Below, one piece after another: positions 9,080-18,095 of a stretch of 32,000 nt of DNA; the first letter of the stretch is position 1, and every line of letters begins with the position of its first letter. The stretch is from assembly GCF_000013905.1 (NCBI RefSeq), contig NC_007969.1:1620001-1652000 (forward strand). The letters run 5' to 3'. This DNA comes from Psychrobacter cryohalolentis K5. GTDB lineage: Bacteria; Pseudomonadota; Gammaproteobacteria; Pseudomonadales; Moraxellaceae. Made by a program: the position numbers and the translations under genes. The notes under the pieces were generated by a model. The model made no database searches, was not told the DNA's origin, and worked only from the letters and a program-made list of their open reading frames with translations.

Positions 9080-10408
9080 TTGATCTATAAAATTATCTCA
9101 AACCAGCATCTGCGTATGGCATTGCTATTTTTACTGATTCAGCAAATTATTGTTGCTTCATCAACGTACTTTATTGCTCGCCTTGCACAAAGTTTGACCG
9201 AGGAGAGTATCTCAATTTTATATATGGTGCTATTTGCCGTCTCTTTAGTAGCGGTTTATGTGCCCGCGTATTTTTGTGTCACCAATACAGAGCGCGCCAA
9301 GTACGATGCTCATAAGCTGTACAATGATAATTTCCATACCGTCTTCTTAGGCAAGACCTGTCTGTTATCCAGCGACGAGTTACAGAGTACGGCAACAACA
9401 ACCCTTGCCCAAGAAAGTAATTACACCCTTGAGACAGTCATTGATAGTATTTTTGATATTTCAGCGTTGGTACTCAATGTCTTATTTAATGTGTTGGTCA
9501 TTGCTTGGTTTTTAGATGGCACATTACTGCTTGGTTATGCAGTAGGTATTATTTTCGCCTCCCTGTTTGTGCATTTTAGACGACACGCCCTAAAATCGGC
9601 TGCCAAAACAGATCAGCAATCACGGCTGAATTTAACCGCTAAACTTTTTGACAGTTGGGATAACGTCGTTATTTTTAATAAGCATAATTACACGCTCTAT
9701 AATAATATTGTTCAAAAAATCTTTGCGACAGCCAAGAATAATAGCGTTAAATCTACTTCGATACAGCATATCAATTCAAGCTTAGGCATGATCATATTGA
9801 TGCTGCCTGTCTTTGTGGTTACTGCTTTTATTTTTAATAAAAATTGGCAAGATGCTGCGACGATGGCGGTACTCATTACCACGCTGCCAAGACAAATTCA
9901 GCTATTGCAAATGTGCTATGCCTTGATTGGCTACCATACCAGTATTGGCGTTATTAAAACGATGCTAGATGGTATTTTAGAGGTCTTACAACCTACCGCT
10001 GTCAATTTAGATCACTATATTCAAGCAGACCAAATACGTGTGCAGCAAACAGGGGATATTTTTGATTCAACACAACTGCCCAAGCAAGGTAGAGTAACGT
10101 TGGTTGGTAATAATGGCGTTGGCAAATCTTGTATGTTGCTCAAGCTCAAAGAGGACTACCAAGAGCAGGCTTACTATTTACCTGCCAAGCACAATTTGTA
10201 TTTCAATTACAAATCAGATAAAGCCCATAAGGGTTCAACAGGACAACAACTCATCAAACAAATTCAAGAGATTAGAGAGGACGACCAGAGTACGATTGTC
10301 ATGCTTGATGAATGGGATGCACACTTGGATAGAGAAAATACTCAAATCATAGATCAATATCTTGATGAGCTTGCCCAAACAAGACTTGTAATGGATGTTA
10401 GGCATTGA
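9080..10408 (+). CDS. ABC-type half-transporter (6-TM exporter-like domain) fused to an unusually compact ATPase domain
   Basis: There are six predicted TM helices in residues about 13-290. The C-terminal ~105 aa carry Walker A (GNNGVGKS), a signature-like GSTGQQ, Walker B (IVMLDEWDAHLD) and a terminal H. The TTG start at 9080 lies 11 nt after AAGGA; ATG 9116 is an alternative. Confidence 0.6.
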   Translation: MIYKIISNQHLRMALLFLLIQQIIVASSTYFIARLAQSLTEESISILYMVLFAVSLVAVYVPAYFCVTNTERAKYDAHKLYNDNFHTVFLGKTCLLSSDELQSTATTTLAQESNYTLETVIDSIFDISALVLNVLFNVLVIAWFLDGTLLLGYAVGIIFASLFVHFRRHALKSAAKTDQQSRLNLTAKLFDSWDNVVIFNKHNYTLYNNIVQKIFATAKNNSVKSTSIQHINSSLGMIILMLPVFVVTAFIFNKNWQDAATMAVLITTLPRQIQLLQMCYALIGYHTSIGVIKTMLDGILEVLQPTAVNLDHYIQADQIRVQQTGDIFDSTQLPKQGRVTLVGNNGVGKSCMLLKLKEDYQEQAYYLPAKHNLYFNYKSDKAHKGSTGQQLIKQIQEIREDDQSTIVMLDEWDAHLDRENTQIIDQYLDELAQTRLVMDVRH

Positions 10409-10493
10409 TTTAGAAAGCTCTTAATCTTCTCATAGCTTGCTGAACATATGTTTTTAGTGAAAATTGTTAAGACATAAATCGTTTCATTAAAAC

Positions 10494-10973
10494 CTAATTA
10501 GTATATTGCCCATTATCTTTCATTGCCTGTGTTTCTATACCATAAGTTTCAAAACCAAATTTTTTGTAAAGATGAATCGCAGGCTTATTATCATCGGCAA
10601 CAGTAAGTAAAATTTGCTCTACATGTTTTTCACTATATTCTATGATTGCACTAAGTAAAATACTTGCCACGCCTTTTTTTTGAAACTCAGGTTCAATGAA
10701 TACACTTGATAAAGAGGCTTTATGAGAAAATTTTATTCCATTCTCTTGTGTTAAGGTTGCTAAACCTATAATTTTATTTTTCTGATAAGCGCCAAATACA
10801 GTTGAGTTTGACAAACAATCTTTGAAAAAATCCAATGGTTTCTCTATTTCTGCTATATAAGTGGATCCAAACATTTCGGGAGATTTTTCCAAAGCTGAAA
10901 GTCTGATAGTTCTGAAATCGTTAGACTCATCAGACTCATCTACGCTCAAAATTTTAATCTTAAGGTTTAACAT
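10494..10973 (-). CDS. GNAT-family N-acetyltransferase
   Basis: The acetyl-CoA binding motif region (FIEPEFQKKGVASILL ... AIHLYKKFGFE) is present. I trimmed the GTG track start (11000) to ATG 10973. The gene is very AT-rich. Confidence 0.8.
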   Translation of the reverse strand: MLNLKIKILSVDESDESNDFRTIRLSALEKSPEMFGSTYIAEIEKPLDFFKDCLSNSTVFGAYQKNKIIGLATLTQENGIKFSHKASLSSVFIEPEFQKKGVASILLSAIIEYSEKHVEQILLTVADDNKPAIHLYKKFGFETYGIETQAMKDNGQYTN

Positions 10974-11142
10974 ATGATGACCTTGAATATTAGCTTCCAC
11001 GAGTTATTGTTTGCCTTGATTAAAAGATTTATTGGTTTTAGGGTAAAATTTTTAATATAAATCTTACCCGAAAGACTCTTTACTAAAACATCAAAAATTC
11101 TAGATAACTTCTTGATTAGAAAAGCCAGATGTAGATTAGGGA

Positions 11143-11835
11143 TTAATTTTTAGATAGTAAGGTATAGACAAGACGATATCCTGAATCACCTGCGGTAGAA
11201 ACATAGTCTACTTTCTCTTGTGCGATCAAGTTTATCTCATAGTACTCAGCATAATATTGTTCAAGTTGAGATCGTGTCACTAAGAAAGGAGGTAAGTTTT
11301 TATGATTATCGCTGCACTGCTTTTCGCCGTCATAAGCAAAAGATAAGAGAAGTTGGCTTGCTTTATTACTAAGCGCCATCAGTTTCTGTGTATAGCGTGT
11401 ACGTAGATTATCAGGCTTCATATCTGGAAGCGCTACTAATGCACCACGATCATACACAGCATCTATTATTCCAATATCAATAGGACTTAAATCAAAAATA
11501 TCACCCACCCAGATTTTGAGAGTTTGTCCTTCGTGTTCAGCTTGATAACAAGTGAGGCTAGGGGTAGTTGGATGTAGCGATACTGTCGCTTGCAAATCGT
11601 TTTCGGCAAAAAACTGTATGACTGCTATTTCTGACAGCTCAACACCAATAACGTCAAAACCCTGACTTATAAACCATAGCATATCCACGCTCTTACCGCA
11701 TAAAGGCACAAAAACGCGACCATTTTTAGGGGTGTTGAGTGCTTTGAAATGATGTACTAGCATGGGATTTGGTTTTTTCTGAGTAAAATTAGTTTGGCTC
11801 TTTTGCCATGCATTTTTCCAAAATTCAGGAGTCAT
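11143..11835 (-). CDS. tpm: Thiopurine S-methyltransferase family (bacterial Tpm; tellurite/selenium methylation type)
   Basis: MTPEFWKNAWQ..., RVFVPLCGKSVDMLWF..GFDVIGVELSEIA and YDRGALVALP are TPMT-family hallmarks. The start is set at ATG 11835. Confidence 0.8.
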   Translation of the reverse strand: MTPEFWKNAWQKSQTNFTQKKPNPMLVHHFKALNTPKNGRVFVPLCGKSVDMLWFISQGFDVIGVELSEIAVIQFFAENDLQATVSLHPTTPSLTCYQAEHEGQTLKIWVGDIFDLSPIDIGIIDAVYDRGALVALPDMKPDNLRTRYTQKLMALSNKASQLLLSFAYDGEKQCSDNHKNLPPFLVTRSQLEQYYAEYYEINLIAQEKVDYVSTAGDSGYRLVYTLLSKN

Positions 11836-12412
11836 AAAATCAACCTTTATTATATTAGACTGAGTCTGCCTTGTTATTTTACTATGGACACCTCTAAGCT
11901 GTCTCAAGATGTATCCACTTTGATAAAATAGATATGAATGTCAACTAGTGCGCCATTTACTGATAGGGATTTCTTAAGTAATTTTCTTCAATATTTCATA
12001 ATAGTTCTCAAGTAAACTCGATTTTTTGACTGAGTAATTGCTATGAGCCTATCCATAATCTTGCCAATGTCTGCCTTTGCTTTAACTGTTTTGCTGGCAG
12101 GTAATGGCTAATTTATTCAATGCTGCGGGCCTCTGTCTATCAAGTACTAATTTTTTATTATCAAACGTGTGCATCAGAGTAGATAAGTATTCAAGCATTT
12201 GTGTTTGCTTAAATATTCGAGCACAGTTTAAGTTGAGCCAAAACAAATCTGCTGAAAATAGAGTAGGGGCTGTCGCAGGACTGAAACAGCTAGGAACGTC
12301 AAACTAAAATGAAATGGCGACGTTGGTTGAAGAAGTAAATGAAGATTAAGCTTGATTATAAGGGTATAAATGAGTGATATTTAATTTAATAAAATTAACT
12401 CAAGGACACACC

Positions 12413-13012
12413 ATGACATCGATACGAACCGTTGGCATATTACTTTTTAACGAAGTAGAAGTATTAGATTTCGCAGGACCTTTCGAGGTGTTTTCATTGG
12501 CTGAAAACGATAGCAGTGATAAGCATTTTGATGTCATTACCATTGCCGAGCACCAAGCGCCAATATCTGCTAGAAATGGTTTAACTGTTATACCGGATTA
12601 TAGCTTCGACAATCATCCCACTATCGATGTTTTGGTTATCCCTGGCGGTTATGGTGCTGAAAAGATCGAAATAAATAATCCAGTAGTTATTGATTGGATT
12701 ATCTCTCAAGCAAAGATTACCGAGTTAACGCTATCAGTCTGCACCGGTGCCTTGCTATTAGCAAAAGCTGGATTGCTGGCTGGCAAGTCTGCAACCACTC
12801 ATTGGATGGATTTGGACAATTTAGCATCCTATCCTAATATTGAAGTTATCGCTAATACCCGTTTTGTCGATGCCAGTGACGAGACTGCTAAATTGGTAAC
12901 ATCAGCAGGAATAAGTGCGGGTATTCATGCCAGCCTGTACTGTGTGAAGAAGTTACTAGATAGTCAAACTATGCAAACAACTGCAAGACGTATGGAGTTT
13001 GATATAGGTTAA
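12413..13012 (+). CDS. DJ-1/PfpI family protein (class I glutamine amidotransferase-like fold)
   Basis: VGILLFNEVEVLDFAGPFEVF, LVIPGG and the nucleophile-elbow motif SVCTGALLLAKAGLL are present. The start is set at ATG 12413. Confidence 0.8.
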   Translation: MTSIRTVGILLFNEVEVLDFAGPFEVFSLAENDSSDKHFDVITIAEHQAPISARNGLTVIPDYSFDNHPTIDVLVIPGGYGAEKIEINNPVVIDWIISQAKITELTLSVCTGALLLAKAGLLAGKSATTHWMDLDNLASYPNIEVIANTRFVDASDETAKLVTSAGISAGIHASLYCVKKLLDSQTMQTTARRMEFDIG

Positions 13013-13294
13013 AAGCGTTAATAAATTTGGCTAACAAACACCGCGGCATAAAGAGCTTGGATCTTTCGTTATCGGCTGGCAGTGTCACTTTGAAGTGACC
13101 CGAGAGAGTATGGTCAAGATGGTAACGAATGGGCGTGATGGAATCTAAAATGAACTTAGTAACTATCCTGAATCTGTCCAATCACCTGCTGAGATAATAG
13201 AGTGTGGCCACCAATATATTGGAAACAATAACGCATGGTTAGCAGCCATATTGGATAATTTATCAAATATATAAAAACTTCTAAGTATTGTTGG

Positions 13295-14674
13295 CTATAC
13301 CAACGCTTGAGCCAACACTTTAAATATACGTGAATCTGTAGCTTGTGCCACATTAAAACGCATAAAGTTCTCAGCGTTTTTTGATTGACTAAAAGCATTG
13401 CCTGGTGCTAAGACTACACCTTGTGACAAACAACGATTAGCCAGTTCGGTTGCACTATTATTGTCAGGCAAGCGGCACCAAAGGAACATCCCTGCTTGTG
13501 GTAGTAACCACGGCACAATTCCTAATTTTTCCAAGCGTGGCAGCGTTTGAGAACGTGCGCTTGCAAGTCGCGTATGCATCATGCTCATATGTTTGCGATA
13601 ACCGCTATCCGTTAACGCTGACAACACCACGGCCGCTGCCAGCTGACCGCCGCCAAATCCCGTCGCTATTTTCAAGTCAAGCAAACTCTCAACCCACTCG
13701 TTAGGAGCTGCAATATAACCGCAGCGCAAAGATGCCGATAAGGTTTTAGAAAAGCTGCCAATATAAAACACGCGTGATAAGCCGTCTAATGCCGCAAGCC
13801 GTGGCGCAGGTTTGACTTCAAAATCAGCAAAAATATCATCTTCGATAATATATAAACCAGATGCCTGAGCCAATTGCAATATTTGGTACGCCGTAGCATG
13901 CGATAAGGTTGCACCGGTAGGGTTATGGATGGCGGCATTGGTAATGTATAGGCGAGGTTTGTGTTCTTCTAAAATTTTTGCAAAGGTCTCTATATCTGGA
14001 CCACTCGGCGTATAAGGCACGCCAATGACTTTGACTCTATGAGCACGCAATAGCGCTCGAAAATTAAAATAACAAGGGTCATCCACTACTACCGTATCGC
14101 CTGCGGTCAATAAAAAGCGAAGGATTAAATCTATCGCTTGCGTGCCAGACTCTATCAGCATTACTTGTGAAGGCTGCGCATCGATTCCCAGTCCTGCCAT
14201 ACGCCGTGTCAGTAATTGGCGCAATGCGGGCAATCCTAGCGGCGTTGCATACTCGCTGATAACGGTAGCGTCACCTCTTGCCGCATGTCGTAAACCGCGG
14301 CGCATACCCTCCTCAAACAACCAATCGGGTGGCAGCCAACCACAGCCAGGCTTTAGTACATTATCGGATGGCTCAAGCGATTGCCGCGACACCCAGAGTG
14401 GATCTATTGCGCGATCAAGATTGTGTCCTGACTCTGTTAATGAAAGCGGCGCTGTCGTCTCTGCGACATAGAACCCTGCGCCAGGACGCGAGTAAATAGT
14501 ACCTTCTGTTTGCAAGCGCTCGTAAGCTTCAACCACCGTTGACGGTGAAAACCCGTAACTGTTCGCCGCTGCCCTTACAGAGGGTAGGCGTGTTCCAGGC
14601 ATATAGACGACGGTTGCTATCTTTTCTTTAACGTCAGCCATGACGATTTCAATTCGTGTTAATTGATGCTTCAT
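13295..14674 (-). CDS. MocR-type regulator (GntR wHTH fused to a fold-type I aminotransferase-like PLP domain)
   Basis: The N-terminus (GTRLPSVRAAANSYGFSPSTVVEAYERLQTEGTIYSRPGAGFYV) is a GntR HTH. The remainder is aminotransferase class I/II-like (NPTG, SFSKTL with the putative PLP lysine). The start is probably ATG 14674; the track TTG is at 14683. Confidence 0.85.
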   Translation of the reverse strand: MKHQLTRIEIVMADVKEKIATVVYMPGTRLPSVRAAANSYGFSPSTVVEAYERLQTEGTIYSRPGAGFYVAETTAPLSLTESGHNLDRAIDPLWVSRQSLEPSDNVLKPGCGWLPPDWLFEEGMRRGLRHAARGDATVISEYATPLGLPALRQLLTRRMAGLGIDAQPSQVMLIESGTQAIDLILRFLLTAGDTVVVDDPCYFNFRALLRAHRVKVIGVPYTPSGPDIETFAKILEEHKPRLYITNAAIHNPTGATLSHATAYQILQLAQASGLYIIEDDIFADFEVKPAPRLAALDGLSRVFYIGSFSKTLSASLRCGYIAAPNEWVESLLDLKIATGFGGGQLAAAVVLSALTDSGYRKHMSMMHTRLASARSQTLPRLEKLGIVPWLLPQAGMFLWCRLPDNNSATELANRCLSQGVVLAPGNAFSQSKNAENFMRFNVAQATDSRIFKVLAQALV

Positions 14675-14895
14675 ATTTTTCAAGTGAACCCATGAATATA
14701 TAAATTCGATCGAAGAACTGTATGGGTTTTATATGCCAAACAGTTCTGTCCAATTGTACGAGATTGTATATAGATAAACTAACGCGCTTTTGTTCTAATT
14801 GTTGACTTAAAACAATGTGATATGGCTATAAAGCCTGAGTGGTGACAACCATCAATATCAATCAACCCAATGATACTTTTTAAAAGCGGCTATAT

Positions 14896-16065
14896 ATGAG
14901 CACTCAAAAATATAATAAATATCTGGCATTTGCACTATGCGTGATAACGACAAGCGTCAATATCCAAGGGCCGCTTTATGCTATTTATGCTAAAAATGAC
15001 GGCTACGGTGTTTTAGCAACCACGGTCGCATTTTCTTTTTATGTGTTGGGGGTGATACCGGTATTATTAGCTTTTGGTGGACTCTCCGATAGGATTGGGA
15101 GACGCAAGACGATTTTAATCTCTTTAGGTTTATCAATAGCGGCAACTGCTCTGATGATGTTCTATCCTTATACGCGAGCGTTAGCAGTAGCGAGATTGTT
15201 GCTTGGTGTGGGTACGGCATTAATGGCAGCAACAGCGACTGCATATATGATTGAGTTGATTGGCTTGTCCGATACGGGGCGTGCTACCACTTGGGTAACC
15301 GCAAGTACCACTATAGGTTTTGGTCTTGGGCCTGCATTAACGACAGTTGCTTTATTGTTGTATGAGACACAGCATCCTATCAGCTTTTTCTTCCTGTTAA
15401 TAAGCGCGTTTTTATCAATATTTTTAGTATGGCGATTACCTGATACTGCGCACGGGCGCTCGAACACTCTTGGATCAATGCTCAAGCTGCCGTATTTTAA
15501 TCGTGAAGTGATATGGTATGGCGGCGGTATTTTGATTTGTTGGGCGACTACCGGATTGGTTTTATCGATTATTCCGTCCGTACTAGCCACGCATGGACTG
15601 GCTAAGTATGCTGGAATATCCTCTATGCTTGCCATCAGCTGTGGATTATTGTTTCAGCCTATCGCTCGAAAGCTTGATCCCCAAGTATCAAGTAAGCTTG
15701 GTATTCTGATTTTACTTCCTGCTTATGCGTTGCTTGCTTGGGGTGCGCTGCATGCCAATCTACTAGTAATTCTTTTAGCGGCTTTTTTAGCTAGCAGTAG
15801 TTGTTATGGCTTTGTTTATTTAGGCGGGTTATCAGGGGTGACACAGTCTGCTGGCAATGAGCAAGCACGCGCCAGTGCTGGCTATTTTTTAATGGCTTAC
15901 ATGGGGTTTAGCGTGCCAGTGATTTTTACTGGTTTGATGGTAGATCGGTATGGTTCTACTGTTGCATTTTACGCTTTCGGGTTGTTTTTACTGCTGGGCG
16001 CGTTTGTATTGTTCGCAAGTCAGTCTATTTTAAAACCAGAGTCCGCCACTATTGCAGCACCTTGA
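14896..16065 (+). CDS. MFS transporter
   Basis: A 12-TM pattern with the MFS loop motif GGLSDRIGRRKT between TM2 and TM3. It is divergent from the MocR regulator. Confidence 0.85.
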   Translation: MSTQKYNKYLAFALCVITTSVNIQGPLYAIYAKNDGYGVLATTVAFSFYVLGVIPVLLAFGGLSDRIGRRKTILISLGLSIAATALMMFYPYTRALAVARLLLGVGTALMAATATAYMIELIGLSDTGRATTWVTASTTIGFGLGPALTTVALLLYETQHPISFFFLLISAFLSIFLVWRLPDTAHGRSNTLGSMLKLPYFNREVIWYGGGILICWATTGLVLSIIPSVLATHGLAKYAGISSMLAISCGLLFQPIARKLDPQVSSKLGILILLPAYALLAWGALHANLLVILLAAFLASSSCYGFVYLGGLSGVTQSAGNEQARASAGYFLMAYMGFSVPVIFTGLMVDRYGSTVAFYAFGLFLLLGAFVLFASQSILKPESATIAAP

Positions 16066-16135
16066 TATAAGATTTGATTTAGCTAAACAAGTTTTCTTTA
16101 ATAGGAAATAAATAAATGCTTCTCATTGTAATCAA

Positions 16136-16532
16136 TCAAACACAGCACACAATAAACCGAACATAAGGCATAATCAGATAATGACTGCTCTCACTGCCAT
16201 GATAAGCCGCTTTTTCATAGCAAGAAGCATCCTGCTGATACAATAGGGCAGCGTTAAAGCCTGACATAGATAAGTGCTCATTACCTTGATCTTAAGAAGA
16301 ATATTCTTTAGCAAAAGCTGTTGAAAATTGAGCAATTTGCTGGTCTTTTGCCGAGTAGAAGCCCTCGTTTTTTATTTTACTGATGACAAGCGACAAGAAA
16401 CAGTCCGGTAATATCATAGCGATTTTTCGTCTAATTATTACCGAAAAACGCCTGTTCTATAAAATCTTGTCCCGCAGTATTGATCAGTTTTTTCGGTGTT
16501 AGCATGAGCTCATCCAAGCGCATAAAGCGCAT
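16136..16532 (-). pseudogene. Frameshifted, stop-interrupted gene debris, possibly a Sel1/TPR-like repeat protein relic
   Basis: Contiguous minus-strand reading segments switch frame: MRFMRLDELMLTPKKLINTAGQDFIEQAFFGNN*, then ...KNEGFYSAKDQQIAQFSTAFAKEYSS*, then DQGNEHLSMSGFNAALLYQQDASCYEKAAYHGSESSHYLIMPY... The last segment has a Sel1-like A..Y..kAA..G pattern. Confidence 0.3.
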
Positions 16533-17245
16533 AAAGCGATGAGACTTGCTTAAATTAGTAGGCAATAGTAACTATTTATTTCTTGGTCATCTTAATAAAG
16601 CCCGTAATAGATATGACAGTCAAAAAACAATTATTTTTGATTGAGAATCTCAATGTAAAGTAATCATTATTTGATTGTGAGGTGATAATTGGGAATGAGA
16701 GACTATGCAAGGGGCTTATTGGGCATTGTGAAGATAGTAAGCACAGTAATGATGAGCAGAACAAGTTTATCAAAGAGGTTAACTTTGAATGAATAATAAA
16801 ATCACTGTATCCATAACATGTCTATAAGAGGTTTCTGAAATATATGCAGAGAGGCTATTAGCGACTTGATTTAATGCATTAAGTTCGATTAGGACTCCGC
16901 GTATTAAACCTTCAAGACATATCAGTTAGTAATTATACTAGTGATGATTACAATGATTATTTAAACAGGTAACACATATTATGATTAAGCAATTATCGAG
17001 CAGACTGACTAACAACTTAATGCTTGAACATAGTCCTATGAACTTAGTACTACATACACTTCATTTAACTTATGTTTATCTAGAGTTCCATTCATATAAA
17101 TAAAATTGACATAAACCGTTGTTAAATATAGCTATACTATATATTTTTTATCTAAAATATACAGTATAGTTCATGAACCATTCAGAAATTATGGTTTTTT
17201 GGTGCTTCTAGACGATTATAAAGCTTTTACTTCATGAGTCTTAGC

Positions 17246-18049
17246 TTAGTGTTTTTCTGGTTTAGCAAATATACAGTGATATACATTGTTTAGATTACTG
17301 ACAGCTGTTTGTGCATATCTCCAAGCTGTAATTAGATTTATTAGTATTTTTAGCTCTTCAGATTCTTGCTCTGTTCGTTCCGTAATTTTCTTGGTTCTAA
17401 GATATTTTTGCCTAACTTTTTTCTCTTCTATTGGTATAGATAGTAGTTCTGGTAAGCTCATATCCAAATCAGAAAGCATCGAGTAAAGTGGGTTATTTTC
17501 AATAGCTGCATTAGTATCATAAGGTATTTTAAGTTCATCTAAGTGTGATAAAAGATATTCAAATTCCTCGTTTATGACTTCTAGAAAATTATTATTATTA
17601 AATATTATCTTGATAGATTCAGGTGGCACCCCAAGTTTTAAGAGAGCTTTGATTGTATTTAAACTATCTTCTGATTCTTTTCTTCCTTTGACTACAGGTA
17701 TTAAAAAGTAATCGAATACTTTATGAAAATTAATATTGTTCTGCATGACTTTTATTACACGGTCTGTACTATGTGCAGAAATATCAATAATAGCTGAATT
17801 TAGATTGCCTAAGTCTTTTAAAACCTCATTAAAATTTTCACCAGAAACAATAATTTTGTCAGAATATGACTGATGGTTCATATCCTGACTACTTATTAAA
17901 TAATGAGCTTGGAATTCCATATTCATTCTAAGCAGATAATCGCTAACGAGAGATTTTCCGATATTTCCTGAAAGATTAGTCACTCCGATACGGAGTTTGT
18001 TCTGACTCGTATTTTTGAAATACAATTCTTCTTTTTCTTTGTTAACCAT
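17246..18049 (-). CDS. StbB/TraL-like ParA-superfamily ATPase (plasmid stability/partition type), orphan
   Basis: The deviant Walker A (RIGVTNLSGNIGKS) matches the NFSGNVGKT-type motif of plasmid StbB proteins. IIDISAHS resembles Walker B/A', and DYFLIPVVKGRKESEDSLNTIKALLKLGVPPESIKIIFNN fits the family layout. The gene is very AT-rich with SD AGGA upstream. Confidence 0.5.
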   Translation of the reverse strand: MVNKEKEELYFKNTSQNKLRIGVTNLSGNIGKSLVSDYLLRMNMEFQAHYLISSQDMNHQSYSDKIIVSGENFNEVLKDLGNLNSAIIDISAHSTDRVIKVMQNNINFHKVFDYFLIPVVKGRKESEDSLNTIKALLKLGVPPESIKIIFNNNNFLEVINEEFEYLLSHLDELKIPYDTNAAIENNPLYSMLSDLDMSLPELLSIPIEEKKVRQKYLRTKKITERTEQESEELKILINLITAWRYAQTAVSNLNNVYHCIFAKPEKH

Positions 18050-18095
18050 GATGGTAATTCCTATTTTAATTATTAATAGAGTATGTCAATCTTAC

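Noticed and set aside
12104-12307. 67-aa ORF in the tpm / DJ-1 spacer
   Set aside because: It has no SD, odd composition and no recognisable motif. A minus-strand fragment nearby (about 11990-12100, ...KADIGKIMDRLIAITQSKNRVYLRTIMKY) is equally unsupported.
13450-15635. Antisense or off-frame ORFs within the MocR and MFS genes (13450-13704, 14142-14471, 14278-14499, 14990-15244, 15168-15635)
   Set aside because: They overlap well-supported genes, their translations lack domain features, and they are typical of the relatively GC-richer coding regions.
16576-16773. 65-aa minus-strand ORF, and the 33-aa plus-strand ORF (16695-16796), as a type I toxin-antitoxin pair
   Set aside because: The hydrophobic stretches are too short or interrupted for a membrane toxin. 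There is no clear promoter/terminator pair, and the sequence context looks like decayed DNA.
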